A DNA stretch of 7,015 nucleotides from Octopus sinensis (Eukaryota): contig NW_021829044.1 of the NCBI RefSeq assembly GCF_006345805.1, positions 1-7,015 of the forward strand, written 5' to 3'. The stretch's first letter is position 1. Every line of letters begins with the position of its first letter. Shown here piece by piece: positions 6,644 through 7,015 of the stretch. Under the pieces are notes generated by a model. The model was not told where the DNA came from. It worked only from the letters and a program-made list of their open reading frames with translations, and did not search any database. Both the position numbers and the translations under genes were made by a program.

Positions 6644-6982
6644 ACTACGTGGTTTCTCAATCTGCTGGAAATAGTAGCCAATTCTGGTTTTATTCAAAAT
6701 GCATTCCTAAAGAGAGGAAATATAGTCAGGTCTAGATATCCTGCTTGAGTAAATGAGATGATAGTCGTGGATGGAATGCATTTCATCATAAATTTGCCTC
6801 GTTCAGACATGAACTGGGGGTAAATAACAACAAAGGACATCAACAAGAACGACAACAACAACGGCAAAGTAAGACGGATTTGATGATGCTGTATTGAAAT
6901 AGGCAGGATGGTCACGGTTGGAAAATAGTTGATCATAGGTTTGTTATTGAATCAGGGCTGACTTCGGACTGAAACAACAACA
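6644..6982 (+). mobile_element. Old SINE-like repeat remnant(s): a body module at 6644-6681 and two tandem diverged 3' tails (6760-6833, 6907-6982), each ending in (CAA)n
   Basis: The two tails align to each other with 21 of 30 identical positions ungapped at their start. The module at 6644 aligns with 5543-5577. Similarity to a common octopus interspersed repeat is from memory only. Confidence 0.55.
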
Positions 6983-7015
6983 GCGATGGTAATAATAACA
7001 GCAAACACAGCATAA

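Noticed and set aside
1-7015. CRISPR array or a novel multi-gene system
   Set aside because: There are no regularly spaced identical repeats with unique spacers and no intact genes. The window is explained by eukaryotic microsatellites and known TE classes.

Overview
Eukaryotic, AT-rich, non-coding DNA (intronic or intergenic) made almost entirely of microsatellites and layered transposable-element remnants. No intact protein-coding gene, RNA gene, CRISPR array or prokaryotic system is supported. The repeat types and SINE layout resemble octopus/cephalopod genomes as I remember them; this is an inference, not a database result. Left to right: (1) a 1.1-kb microsatellite block; (2) an old, decayed RTE-clade LINE (about 1380-3410) split by a complete-looking 408-bp non-autonomous Helitron (1738-2145), whose removal restores the RT reading frame exactly; (3) a much younger, 5'-truncated RTE-group LINE 3' end (3492-4000) with a candidate TSD and a duplicated flank at its 5' junction; (4) TA/CA repeat fields; (5) a roughly 150-bp island with a perfect three-pentamer HSE, a full palindromic CRE and several forkhead sites; (6) a minus-strand tRNA-derived SINE inside a (CATA)n array; (7) a short restriction-like-endonuclease fragment from an R2/R4/NeSL-type retroelement; (8) two tandem diverged copies of a SINE-like 3' tail. 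Nearly all ORFs in the supplied track are translations of simple repeats or pieces of decayed LINE. I found no evidence of a new biological system. The best leads are the candidate stress-responsive regulatory cluster and the TE junction and terminator structures.
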